A stretch of DNA of 63,797 nucleotides, the filler included, from Octopus bimaculoides (lineage: Eukaryota): the NCBI RefSeq assembly GCF_001194135.2. It is 6 parts of 6 records of this genome, joined end to end, with 100 filler letters (N's around TTAATTAATTAA, not from the genome) between each part and the next. Parts side by side here need not be neighbours in the genome. Positions count along the whole stretch, not along the records: positions 41,750 to 55,855 come from NC_068992.1; positions 55,956 to 62,505 come from NC_068987.1; positions 62,606 to 63,797 come from NW_026335023.1; 3 more parts are not named here. One strand, given 5' to 3'. Positions 53,365 to 63,797 of this stretch are shown in pieces. Position 1 is the stretch's first letter. Each line of letters opens with the position of its first letter. A program made the position numbers and the translations under genes. Under the pieces are notes generated by a model. That model did not search any database. It saw only the letters and a list, made by a program, of their open reading frames with translations, and was not told the origin of the DNA.

Positions 53365-53640
53365 GAGAGAGGGGGGAGAAGGCGAGGGAGATGGAAGAAG
53401 GGGGACAAAGAGGGGAGAATGAGAAACAGGAGGGGAAAGAAGGAAGGGAATAGGAGGGGAGAGGAGGAGGAAGAAGGGAATAGGAGGGGAGAGGAGGAGA
53501 AAGAAGGGAATAGGAGGGGAGAAGTAGGGCAGGGGAGGGAAGGAAGGAGAGGAGTACAGGGAAGAGGACAAAGAGAGAAGTAGGAGTGTGAGGAGTAATG
53601 GGAGAAGGGAGGGGAGAGGAAGGAGAGAGGGAAGAGGAAA
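53365..53640. repeat. Polypurine/polypyrimidine tract with 30-bp units x3
   Basis: aagggaataggaggggagaggaggag repeated; almost no pyrimidines on the plus strand. Confidence 0.85.
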
Positions 53641-53724
53641 CTGGGGTGAGCATCAACAGCAGCAATAATCCCTTCCATCTGAGAAGTTCTTGAATTATGT
53701 AAGAAGGAATCTTTGCGTACCCAC

Positions 53725-53911
53725 CTTCAGCTTGTACTGCATAGGAGAGATGTAGCAACTCTAGGTGATCTCTGACCCGATGTGATTTTGTAGGTTTGAA
53801 GTGATTGATATCACAGAAGGGGCAATGGATCTTCCCATTGCAGCAGTTCTCAGCTGTACACGTGTCCAAAATGATCTCATGGCCTTTCAAAATGATGCCA
53901 TGCTGCTTGGA
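53725..53911 (-). CDS. Zinc-finger gene, first identifiable coding exon (phase 0 to 1): SKQHGIILKGHEIILDTCTAENCCNGKIHCPFCDINHFKPTKSHRVRDHLELLHLSYAVQAE
   Basis: Acceptor ttttgttttcattacag| and donor GAAG|gtgggt; 187 bp; in frame with ORF 53291..53974; Cys/His motif; phase matches the next exon. The start-codon exon was not found. Confidence 0.8.
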
Positions 53912-54439
53912 CTGTAATGAAAACAAAAGAGAAAGATTACATTTGTTATCATGAAAGATCATACAATATTTCATAGCTTTGAAATTTTGATGTGTTTGTA
54001 TATTTTTAGTATAACATTATAGATTAGATGTGAGAAGCCAAATCTGGTCAGTTTGAGTATAAAACGGGTTTGGGCCAGATATGGCCAGTTATTTATTCAC
54101 ATTATTGTTATTTTAATCTTGTTAATAAACAATATCTGTTTTAATTATTTTTATTTTAATTATATCAATAAATAATGTCTGTAATATTAATTATTCTTAT
54201 TTTAATTACATTAACAAACAATATATATAAACTAATCAAACTGTTTACAATTATTTTCAGTTTAATTACAATGTCCTTTATTACATAGGGGTAACAATTT
54301 GGGGTGGGAGTAAGTTTTCAAATGTTTTAGGTGGATGTACCTGTCACTCCTTTAATCTCTCTTTATCTCCACCCACTGTACCTGCCACCTCTCCTCTCTC
54401 TCTCTGCAACTCCACCCAATATACCTGCCCCTCCTTCGT

Positions 54440-54575
54440 TTAAAATCTCTCTCTACCTAATGTACTTGCAACCACTTCTCTTTCTCTCTCTCTACCTAAT
54501 GTACTTGCAACTGCTTCTCTCTCTCTCTCTCCCTACCTAATGTACTTGCCACTGCTTCTCTCTCCCCCTCTAAGT
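54440..54575. repeat. About 35-bp tandem repeat x3 (ctctctctacctaatgtacttgcaaccactt)
   Basis: Direct inspection. Confidence 0.8.
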
Positions 54576-55319
54576 CCACCCAATGTACATGTCTCTCCTC
54601 CTTTAAGCTCTGTTCCTTTCCTCCCTCTCTAAATCCACCCATTTTCTCACTATACCCTATCTCTAGCTCTACCAGATTCATCTGAGAATATAAAAATAAA
54701 CCAGCACCATACCTAGGAACCAGGTGTTAACCCTTGGTACAGTGGTTCCTTTCTGATCTCTTTTGTTTTTTTATTCTCCAATAGCTTAGTTAGAAAGAGA
54801 AGGGCAACATCCATGACCCCTATCCATGATGCTAAGACTGGTGGAAAGAAGGAAATAAAGTTCACTTCAGACTGGAGAGCAGGCTAGGATTCTTGCAGCA
54901 GAGTAAAGTTTGCTAAAAGTGGTAGTGTTACGCATAAAAATTTACCACCAAGGAACAAACAGCCCACCTGAATTTCACTAACAAAGCTATATAGATGACC
55001 TAATGCTGCACAATGAGATTGAACTCATGGTCATATAGACATGAAACAAACCCCTTAACCACATATTCATGCCTGTTTTAGGAGGTTAATTGTTAGGCTG
55101 TCATAAATATAAACAGTGAGATGAAACAAAGAAGGGACATTAGATTTGTAAAAGGGACGGCACTAGTTTCCATGGCAGTGGGCAGTACACATGTTATCAG
55201 GTAAGTGAAGTATATGTTGGAAGATGACTCAAATGCAATCAATCCAAGTAACAGGTGCTGCATTTATAAGAAATATTGACTGCTTTGTGAAGGTGTGACT
55301 GAGAACATTATTGCTTGAG

Positions 55320-55446
55320 ACACGTGTCCACAAAGTCTGGGTACATGTGGATTAACACATACTTTAAGAAATTATTATTTCTTATATTTAATTGTTTATG
55401 TTATGATTTTATTTACTCCATTTACCCAGACTTTGTGGACACCCTG
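55320..55446. mobile_element. Tc1/mariner-type MITE, about 127 bp
   Basis: 20-bp perfect inverted core gtgtccacaaagtctgggta / tacccagactttgtggacac; right end reads cagggtgtcc...TA on the reverse strand. Confidence 0.65.
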
Positions 55447-55472
55447 TATATATAGACACATAATATATATAT

Positions 55473-55855
55473 TGTTGTATTTCCCTCAGGTGACTCGCAG
55501 AGATAACACAACGAGTTGTACAATTTAATTATTACATTTATTATTCAATTACATACAAAGAACGCACTCACCCAATGTTCGTTGTGTTAATAAACAAAAG
55601 TCATGTCCACCATATATATCAATGACATTTTACTACACCAGTCACAGAAGACAACAACAATGAAACAATGAACTCAAACGAACCACAGTGACACACGGAA
55701 CGTCAGACGAATTACATATCTAACAGTCCATATAACAGCTCCCCACTGAAATTGATGCTACACAAGAAGTATCAACAGCAAAGTCTCTCTTAGGTTTTAC
55801 GGGTTTTCTTGGACTGTCTTGGGTTGTCTGGTCCATACTCTGGAACGGGTAACAT
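55473..55855 (-). mobile_element. Probable Gypsy-type LTR retrotransposon 3' end: LTR 55473-55737, PPT 55738-55747, pol tail running into the gap
   Basis: On the minus strand: VTRS...RKPVKPKRD-like pol end, then AGTGGGGAGC, then TGTTAT...TACAACA (265 bp) containing AATAAA. Confidence 0.55.
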
Positions 55856-55955
55856 NNNNNNNNNNNNNNNNNNNNNNNNNNNNNNNNNNNNNNNNNNNNT
55901 TAATTAATTAANNNNNNNNNNNNNNNNNNNNNNNNNNNNNNNNNNNNNNNNNNNN

Positions 55956-56300
55956 TTCATCCATCTTTACATTCTGAGTTCAAAGTCCACTGAGGTTGAC
56001 TTTGCCTTTCATCCTTTCGGGGTCGATAAATTAAGTACCAGTTACGCACTGGGGTCGATGTAATCGACTTAATCCCTTTGTCTGTCCTTGTTTGTCCCCT
56101 CTATGTTTAGCCCCTTGTGGGCAATAAAGAAATAGGTATTTCATCCATCTTTACATTCTGAGTTCAAAGTCCACTGAGGTTGACTTTGCCTTTCATCCTT
56201 TCAGGATTGATAAATTAAGTACCAGTTGTGTACTGGGGATCCATCTAATCGACTGCACCCCCTCCCCAAAAATTTTGGGCCTTGTGCCTAGATTAAAAAG
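55956..56300 (+). mobile_element. Two tandem partial SINE family A copies
   Basis: ttcatccatctttacattctgagttcaaagtccactgaggttgactttgcc is duplicated. Confidence 0.8.
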
Positions 56301-56409
56301 GAATATTATTTTCAGTTCAATTCTTCGATAGCAAGGTAGATCATATTCTAAACGAACATATAATTTAAATTTTAAATAATCTATTAATTATTTTCGAGAT
56401 GGAAAAGTA

Positions 56410-56653
56410 GTTTCAAATGTCAAGAAAGTAGATTTGTCTGGAATTGAAAATTAAGATACTAAATCAACTTCAAAATGGAAAGTATTTCGACAGAAACAAG
56501 AAAATAGTTTGGAACAAAAGAAGAAACAGGTGAGAACCAGTGTAAGAGTACAATCACCGAGTATTTAGTAACATTAAGATCCATCATATGTTTGTGGGTA
56601 ACATTGCGCAGACGATGAGAGGAGATCTAGTATGGCGAACAGAAATTAAAACC
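56410..56653 (+). pseudogene. Possible pogo/Tigger N-terminal psq-HTH remnant next to a gap
   Basis: RK*ICLELKIKILNQLQNGK resembles the CENP-B-type N-terminal HTH. Confidence 0.4.
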
Positions 56654-58180
56654 NNNNNNNNNNNNNNNNNNNNNNNNNNNNNNNNNNNNNNNNNNNNNNN
56701 NNNNNNNNNNNNNNNNNNNNNNNNNNNNNNNNNNNNNNNNNNNNNNNNNNNNNNNNNNNNNNNNNNNNNNNNNNNNNNNNNNNNNNNNNNNNNNNNNNNN
56801 NNNNNNNNNNNNNNNNNNNNNNNNNNNNNNNNNNNNNNNNNNNNNNNNNNNNNNNNNNNNNNNNNNNNNNNNNNNNNNNNNNNNNNNNNNNNNNNNNNNN
56901 NNNNNNNNNNNNNNNNNNNNNNNNNNNNNNNNNNNNNNNNNNNNNNNNNNNNNNNNNNNNNNNNNNNNNNNNNNNNNNNNNNNNNNNNNNNNNNNNNNNN
57001 NNNNNNNNNNNNNNNNNNNNNNNNNNNNNNNNNNNNNNNNNNNNNNNNNNNNNNNNNNNNNNNNNNNNNNNNNNNNNNNNNNNNNNNNNNNNNNNNNNNN
57101 NNNNNNNNNNNNNNNNNNNNNNNNNNNNNNNNNNNNNNNNNNNNNNNNNNNNNNNNNNNNNNNNNNNNNNNNNNNNNNNNNNNNNNNNNNNNNNNNNNNN
57201 NNNNNNNNNNNNNNNNNNNNNNNNNNNNNNNNNNNNNNNNNNNNNNNNNNNNNNNNNNNNNNNNNNNNNNNNNNNNNNNNNNNNNNNNNNNNNNNNNNNN
57301 NNNNNNNNNNNNNNNNNNNNNNACTGCCTTTGCAATACAAGTGCTAAAGAGATTGAACTTATGACTCTTTCTCTACACCAGTGTTTCACAAGGTGGAATG
57401 CACGCCCCCCCACCATCATCAATTTCGACATTAATCTTTGAAAAGGGCAATATTGTATTTTATTAAAAAAAAAAAAAGAAAAAAAAAAATTAAAAGTGGG
57501 CTTGAAAAATCCAAATAAACCACAAAAAACTGTAATTTTTCGTGCCATACTTTTCACAATATTTTGTCACTTTCAGATAATTTTTAAGTGTTTGGATTTG
57601 TGGTCTGAATTATGTTTCACAACATTCTGCATTATTTTCAAAGTGTGATATGGTAACTTTGGCAGAGAATGCTCACAAAGACAAAGCAAGACGGCAATAG
57701 ATTTATGGAACTGACCTTCTCAACAAGTTTTAAAAAAAACAAATCCAAAATAAATCTGTTGACGAAGACAGCAAAGATTATGTGAGATAATTCACTGACA
57801 TTTCTGAAGAGTTTTGTTCTTTAAAATCCAAGGAAATCATGTGACATTTGTTGATGTCAAAGTAAAGATGTTTGGAGTTGTAGTGCTTCTGGATTTGTGC
57901 CAATAGAAAGTGGATTCAATAGCAGTAGAAGAGTAAAGCAGTGAAGCAGGGGACAGAATTACAGTTTAGAGTTGACACAAAGAACACAAATTTGGGTGCA
58001 AGCATACCAAAAAAAAAAAAAAAAACCGAAGCAAAACTAGATAACAAGGTGTGATGTGAATACATTATGGGTAGTGTGTAAATAACACAACAGAATAGAA
58101 CATTGTGGAAGGTTCTAAGAACTAAAACTAAACGTTGGCTGCAAGTGGGTCAGCAGGTTATGAATGAAGTTGAACATAGC

Positions 58181-58434
58181 TATTGGGTTGGTGCATAATT
58201 ATTGCGGTTTTTTTCAACAAATTTTATTCAACAAAAACAATGACAATGTTTAACAAAAACATCTTTAAATGACAGTCTGACCGTCTGCCAAGCAAAATGG
58301 GAAGCAGTAATTGAAGTAGATGGTGAATATGCTTCGGAATAATCATTTAAAGGTGGTTTTGTTACATGTTGTTATTGTTTTTGTTGAATAAAATTTGTTG
58401 CAAAAAAGGCACATAATTATGCACCAATCCAATA
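58181..58434 (+). mobile_element. Internally deleted mariner (MITE)
   Basis: About 60-bp TIRs TATTGGGTTGGTGCATAATTATTGCGG...GCACCAATCCAATA bounded by TA; interior retains a transposase-like C-terminus RLPSKMGSS/WEAVIEVDGEY. Confidence 0.85.
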
Positions 58435-58996
58435 TATTGCAGGGTTAAAAGCATGTTGCTATGTGATCAGCATAAAGCTTGCAGGGCAAAGATTAATTTC
58501 AAGACAATGAAATGCTATGTTCAGCTGTTGTTATATCTTTGAGTGTTTGTGTATGAAATGTGCAGATGAAATGCATACAAAACAGACTGTAAAAAAGAGT
58601 AGAGTAAAGAATTTTTGTTTGTGTTTGTGCATGTGTGAAAAGCAGCATGCGTCCTTTAAAAAATGAAGGTGCGTGCATGTATGAAGAATGGAAACACAAG
58701 ATAAAAAGGCATGCAAAATGAAAAGAAATATTTAACCGAGAGGGAAATGACAAACTGTTCATATGCAGAAATAATAAGTTACTGAGGATTGGAAGGACAC
58801 GCTAGACGCATCTCCACCATGTGCCACACGTGTCTTTGCGAGTCACTCCTCCTTCTACCTTCAGTTTGCTGGCTGTGGAAACCGACACAATGTTTGTATA
58901 AAAATGTATTTTTCAAAACAAAATTTGAAAACTTTTCCAACAAATTTGAACCCCCAAAGAGGCGAGAAACAAAAGAAAAAAAAACAACCAGTCTTA

Positions 58997-59226
58997 TTAA
59001 CCCTTTTGTTACTGTATTTATTCTAAGATGCTCTGTGTTTCTTTCAATTAATTTTAAATATAACAAAGAATTTAGTAAAAATAACTTAGTTATCATTAAG
59101 CTAGTATTAAGAACATAAATTGTGACTAAGGTTTGGTGGAAGATTTTAATTCAAAACTTATGAGAACAAGACATTTGTAGTCATAGCTGGAGCTGGTTTC
59201 AACTGGATTGGTAACAAAAGGGTTAA
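58997..59226. mobile_element. piggyBac-type MITE (same family as 52785-52984)
   Basis: TTAA-CCCTTTTGTTAC ... GTAACAAAAGGG-TTAA; interior similar to the other copy. Confidence 0.8.
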
Positions 59227-60119
59227 ATCTAGTTGGTTGATACAAATGTTACAGCACAAAATTTCAACAATTAACAACTTTTAAACATAAAAACAGACAA
59301 ACTAACTTATGAATGATTCGAAGAAACATGTTGCTGACAACACAAAAGCAAATATGTTTGCAATGTGTGTGTGTGTGTGTGTGTGTTTTCACATTGTGCT
59401 GATAACACGACTGTGTTTTAGCTTGATCTGTTTATCCATGGGAACCTTCCAGTGTAATGCATTTAATTTTTCAAAGCAATCCCCCTCAACCCCTTCAGTA
59501 CTCGCTGGCACTGGAGTCACTGCAGCACCGTGTCAGTACATGAGACATAAGACATCGGTGCAATGGTGTCAGGCACTAAATACATTCAGGTGATCGATAT
59601 TACACTGAGAAAATACGAAGCGGTCAAAAGGGCAATAATTAATCAAAAGAAGTCGGTGGGGCAATAGCTCAATGCATGGGGATGCGGATCCATGCCACTC
59701 GAAAGAGGTGTATGGCATTGGACAGATGGACCAGTTGAATAGCCGAGAGTTGGGTTTGGTCCAGTTCTTCAGGTAGGTAAGAACTTGATTGAGATGATGA
59801 GCAGAGTAACCAGTCTAAACCAGAAATGGGCAAAGAGGAAGCTATAGGGTGAAGAAGACAAATGCCAACATTGCAGCTGTCATCTCCTACCACCTGACCA
59901 CCATGACTTGAGCTCTTGCTCGTCCCTTTTCTGTGGAGGGGACAGGTCCTGTTGATTAAATGGCTTATTAGCTGTCAACATCCCCTACGTGGAGGGCTGG
60001 GCAGGCCATAGCTAATGATATACACATACTCTCTGAATCTACATCTTCAGTGCTTCCTTTACGGTGAGTAGGTGTTGTCAGGCTCACTTTTTCACAGCTC
60101 ATCTCTTTCATAGAACTGC

Positions 60120-60480
60120 AATCCTGGATCAAGTGTAGACCGAGGCATGGCTTTCTTTCTCAATTAACACTATGGTTTCCTATTCTCTATCTCATGGTTG
60201 CACTGAATCATAAAATCCCATAGGATCTTTGCATTCCTATTTCCGACAATGCTTTCAGGTTAGTGGTCGTGCCAATTTTTGCTCCATCAAGTCCATACTT
60301 ATTGCAGAGTGTCCAATGGACAAGCCTGGCTATATTGTCATGACATCTCTTATATTCTTTCTGGACTGGTGCTGTACATTGACCAGTAATATGCCATACG
60401 GTTTCACTATTTTGTCCACAGATTCTGCACTTATCATTTTCTGATGTGTTGTCTATTTTCTATTTGATGTAATTGGTCCT
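60120..60480 (-). mobile_element. R4/Dong-like LINE fragment (CCHC knuckle to endonuclease start)
   Basis: KCRICGQNSETVWHITGQC...EYKRCHDNIARLVHWTLC...AKILWDFMIQCNHEIENRKP with stop and frameshift; 5' end abuts (TTA)n 60481-60535. Confidence 0.85.
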
Positions 60481-62227
60481 TACTATTATTATTATTATTT
60501 TTATTATCATTATTATTATTATTATTATTATTATTGAAGGCAGCAGGCTGGCAGAATCATTAGCATGTCAGACAAAATGCAATGTTTAGCAACATTTCTT
60601 CTGGTTCTTTATGTTCTGAGTTCAAATACCACTGAGGACAACCTTGCAATTCATGCTTCCGAGATCTTAAAATAACTACCAGTTGATAACAGAGATTGAT
60701 GCAATTCTTCTCCATAAAATCGCTGGTGTTGTGCCACAATTAGAAAGAATTATAATCTATTTATTTAGTCAGTAATTATATTTTTATGATAGTAGGTTGA
60801 TAGAAACGGCAGAACTTTAGAACAAAAACGCCATTGTAGTATTTCAAGTGATGTCAATGAAATGTTATTGATTTCTTCCAAAGGAAGTCTGCCAATTTAT
60901 GGAGAAGAAAGATAATGTTCAATCAACTCAACTTAAAACTATTTCTTGTGTTTGAAATATACATTTGACCCCTGGCGAGAATTGAACGTAGAATTTAGAA
61001 GGACAAAAATAAATACTATGAACAAACTTAGAAGAGGGTTTTGATAGTTAAGCTGTGAAGAAGAGAGTCGTTGTGTAAACATGTCCGAGTTTTGTAAACA
61101 TTAAGGCAGTGCTCCAGCATGGCTACAGTCAAATGAATGAAACGTGTAAAAGAATTCGTATAAGAGTGGATGTAACACTACAGTGATGATGGTGGTGGCA
61201 GCGGTGGCGATGTTTATCATCATCATCATCACCATCATCATCATAGATGCCTGTTTACTCTTAAATCATGATAGTTTTATGTTATATAAATTATATCATA
61301 AGTCGCTTCTCATTCAACACTAACAAGGCTTCTAACCTTATTCTCGTGTCTATGTATTATAGATATTTCTATGGCATTCGGATCATTCAAAGTTAGAGAA
61401 TTACTGTTAACTTATTGGAAGGTACATAAAGAAGCACTTTTCTCCAGAAAAAATGCCTCAAAACAATCACCCCAGATCCTAAATGTGAATTTGGGCCCAT
61501 CTTAAGTTTTATTGCTGGAAAGATATTTTTCCCGAATATGTGTTGTGGAAATTGATGTGCATCTAATATACCTCTGTGTCTTTTATACTGTTAAATACAG
61601 TAAATTACTTTTTAATTTTCATGTAATGTTGTTTTGATTTGGATATTTGATAGAAGGATGGTAGGTTTTTATATTATTATTCCTTAGTTTTGGAGGATCT
61701 AGTTTTTTTTCATTCGCAAAATATGCATTTTTTAAAAGGAAGCAAAAAATCTGAAAATCGGCTATAATAATGTAGTCTTCCAGTCTCATTGCTATGAAGG
61801 TATGATATTGTGAAGAAAAAAATTGGAGGGAAAAGTTACAGAGGTTTAAAAATAGGACAAACTCTCTATTTTTAGTCAACAGTGAGATAGAAATTTTCTG
61901 CGTTTTGCAGAGTGGTGTTAACTTTAAGGTTGTACCCTGTAAAATTTATAGTTTAGCATCTGCAACATGACCTCTTCATTGTAGGTTTCTAAATAAACAG
62001 AAATAACTAATAAAATCAACATGTATCATCTTACTGTTTCTTTTGTCTCATCATTGGTTGTATGTAATTTTCAAACTTTAATTCCAAATAACATCAGATT
62101 CTTTAATTTACAAGATAAAGTAATTGGTTGAGCGTAATCGAAATTCAGTGTTGCATCAATACACCAAAATTGAAAGCAATCTGAGAAAAATTAAGCGGGG
62201 CTCATTCTGCGAATGAGAAAGACTGGA

Positions 62228-62410
62228 TCCGGTGGTACGTAAAAGCACCCACTACACTCTCTGAGTGGTTGGCGTTAAGAAGGGCATCCAGCCGTAGAAA
62301 CTCTGCCAAATCAGATTGGAGCCTGGTGCAGCCATCCGGTTCACCAGTCCTCAGTCAAATCATCCAACCCATGCTAGTATGGAAAACAGACATTAAACGA
62401 TGATGATGAT
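62228..62410 (+). mobile_element. RTE-type 3'-end element with (TGA)n tail
   Basis: Near-identical to 48017-48190. Confidence 0.7.
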
Positions 62411-62416
62411 ATATAT

Positions 62417-62469
62417 ATCAAAATAAGCAACAAGGATATCCTCTGGATATCCTTGTTGCTTATTTTGAT
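62417..62469. repeat. Perfect 25-bp inverted repeat with 3-nt spacer
   Basis: atcaaaataagcaacaaggatatcc-tct-ggatatccttgttgcttattttgat. Confidence 0.92.
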
Positions 62470-62605
62470 TTTAATCACCTTACTTTGAAATTGTATGGAT
62501 AATACNNNNNNNNNNNNNNNNNNNNNNNNNNNNNNNNNNNNNNNNNNNNTTAATTAATTAANNNNNNNNNNNNNNNNNNNNNNNNNNNNNNNNNNNNNNN
62601 NNNNN

Positions 62606-62646
<41 letters not shown>

Positions 62647-62899
62647 TAAGCATTGCGGAGAGACTAAATGAACATCTGTAGTCTTCTAAAGCTCTGTTCT
62701 CCAGCAGGAATATATGGAGTTCTAACAATTATTTATTAGTATCGCTGTACCTAAGTGAAATAATTATATACATATATTGAGTTTTTCAGTTGCATGAACT
62801 AAAAGGCGGAGGGAGACGAGATAAATTACTTGCATCAACTTGCTATAAAAGCAGGTAATAATTTAACCTTGTCCTTATTTTTAGCGCAAGTTTTGAAGA

Positions 62900-63797
62900 G
62901 TGCAGTTCGATTTTAACAGTTATTTTTTCAAAGCTATTTTGCTTTATGAGTTCAATAAAGGCAACAACGCAACAGAAAGTGCGAGGAATATTAATGCAGC
63001 ATATGGGGTTCGGACAATAGGCGTGAGCCAGTGTCAATGGTGGTTCCAGAAATTCCTAGCTGGAAACTACAGCCTAGAAGACGAGCCTCATTCTGGAAGA
63101 TCTGTAGAGTTCGACGAGGACGTCCTGCAAACCCTGGTAGAACAAAATCCCATTGTAACTGTTCAGGAACTAGCAGAGAAACTTGGATTTGGTCATTCAA
63201 TCATTCATCGACGCCTGTGTGCCATCGGAAAAGTCAGCAAATTGGGTCAATGGGTTCCTCACAAACTTTCTGAGTTTAATCATGTGCAGAGAGTGAATGC
63301 GTGCTCTTCTTTATTGTCACGTCTCACGAATGAACCATTTTTGGACCGAATAGTGACTGTTGACCAGAAATGGGCTTTCTATAAAAATATCAAGCACCAA
63401 AGACAGTGGATAGGGAAAGGAGAAACACTAGCACCCCCAGGCTAAAGAAGGTCTTCACCCACGTAAGGTGTCGTTATCTATTTGGTTTGGTGGAATATGA
63501 AATGATTAGTCTTCTTTGAACTTTTAAACCAAACCAAACGATAACAAAGATCTACTTCGACCATCTTTGATTTAAAGACAAAAGGTATTCTCATATCAAA
63601 ATAATGCTCGGCCACATACAGCGAAAATGACACTCCAAAGGCTGGAGCAGTTTGAATTTGGAAACGATGCTCCACCTACCATATTCGCAGGACATTGCCC
63701 CCATCTGATTATCATTTATTCTGCTGTATTCAAAATCATTTGAAGGTAAAAAATATGAATTCTGTAGACGAGATCAGAACAGTACTGGAGGAGTATT
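62900..63797 (+). pseudogene. Mariner (DD34D) transposase pseudogene, runs off the window end
   Basis: ILLYEFNKG, LEDEPHSGR, WVPHKL, IVTVDQKW; then out-of-frame YQNNARPHT (catalytic D replaced by N) and PYSQDIAP/SDYHLF; stops and frameshifts. Confidence 0.92.

Noticed and set aside
57378-58010. Possible hAT remnant starting CAGTGTTTCACAAGGT
   Set aside because: No matching right TIR or TSD identified, and the coding similarity is too decayed.
54496-62000. Candidate first exons for the zinc-finger gene (for example ATG after the acceptor at 54681, and about 61940-61988)
   Set aside because: No combination of ATG, open frame and strong phase-0 donor; the true first exon may lie in a gap or outside the window.

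Overview
Eukaryotic, AT-rich, microsatellite-saturated, gappy draft-assembly DNA. The SINE/RTE/microsatellite landscape resembles a coleoid cephalopod such as Octopus; this is an inference and was not checked. No rRNA, tRNA gene or CRISPR array is supported. The main content is a minus-strand gene that I could splice through nine phase-compatible GT-AG exons (53911 to 43545; 4338 nt, 1445 aa plus a missing 5' exon). It joins five repeats of an unusual C..C..H-C-P-x-C..H zinc motif (including an internally duplicated two-exon module), a KH-like exon and a KxTQT motif to a terminal exon with two AT-hooks, about 12 C2H2/C2HC fingers and a 24-bp coding VNTR. A lone symmetric Sushi/CCP exon (LEV-9/Hasp-like) lies at 17603-17785, also on the minus strand. 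The rest is transposon debris: three tRNA-derived SINE families, RTE 3' ends, five R4/Dong-like LINE fragments (four abutting (TAA)n arrays), mariner, pogo/Tigger, hAT- and piggyBac-type MITEs, a probable Gypsy LTR end, and a Penelope-type repeat with an intact minimal hammerhead ribozyme core. Most ORFs in the supplied track are artefacts of simple repeats, N gaps or antisense reading.
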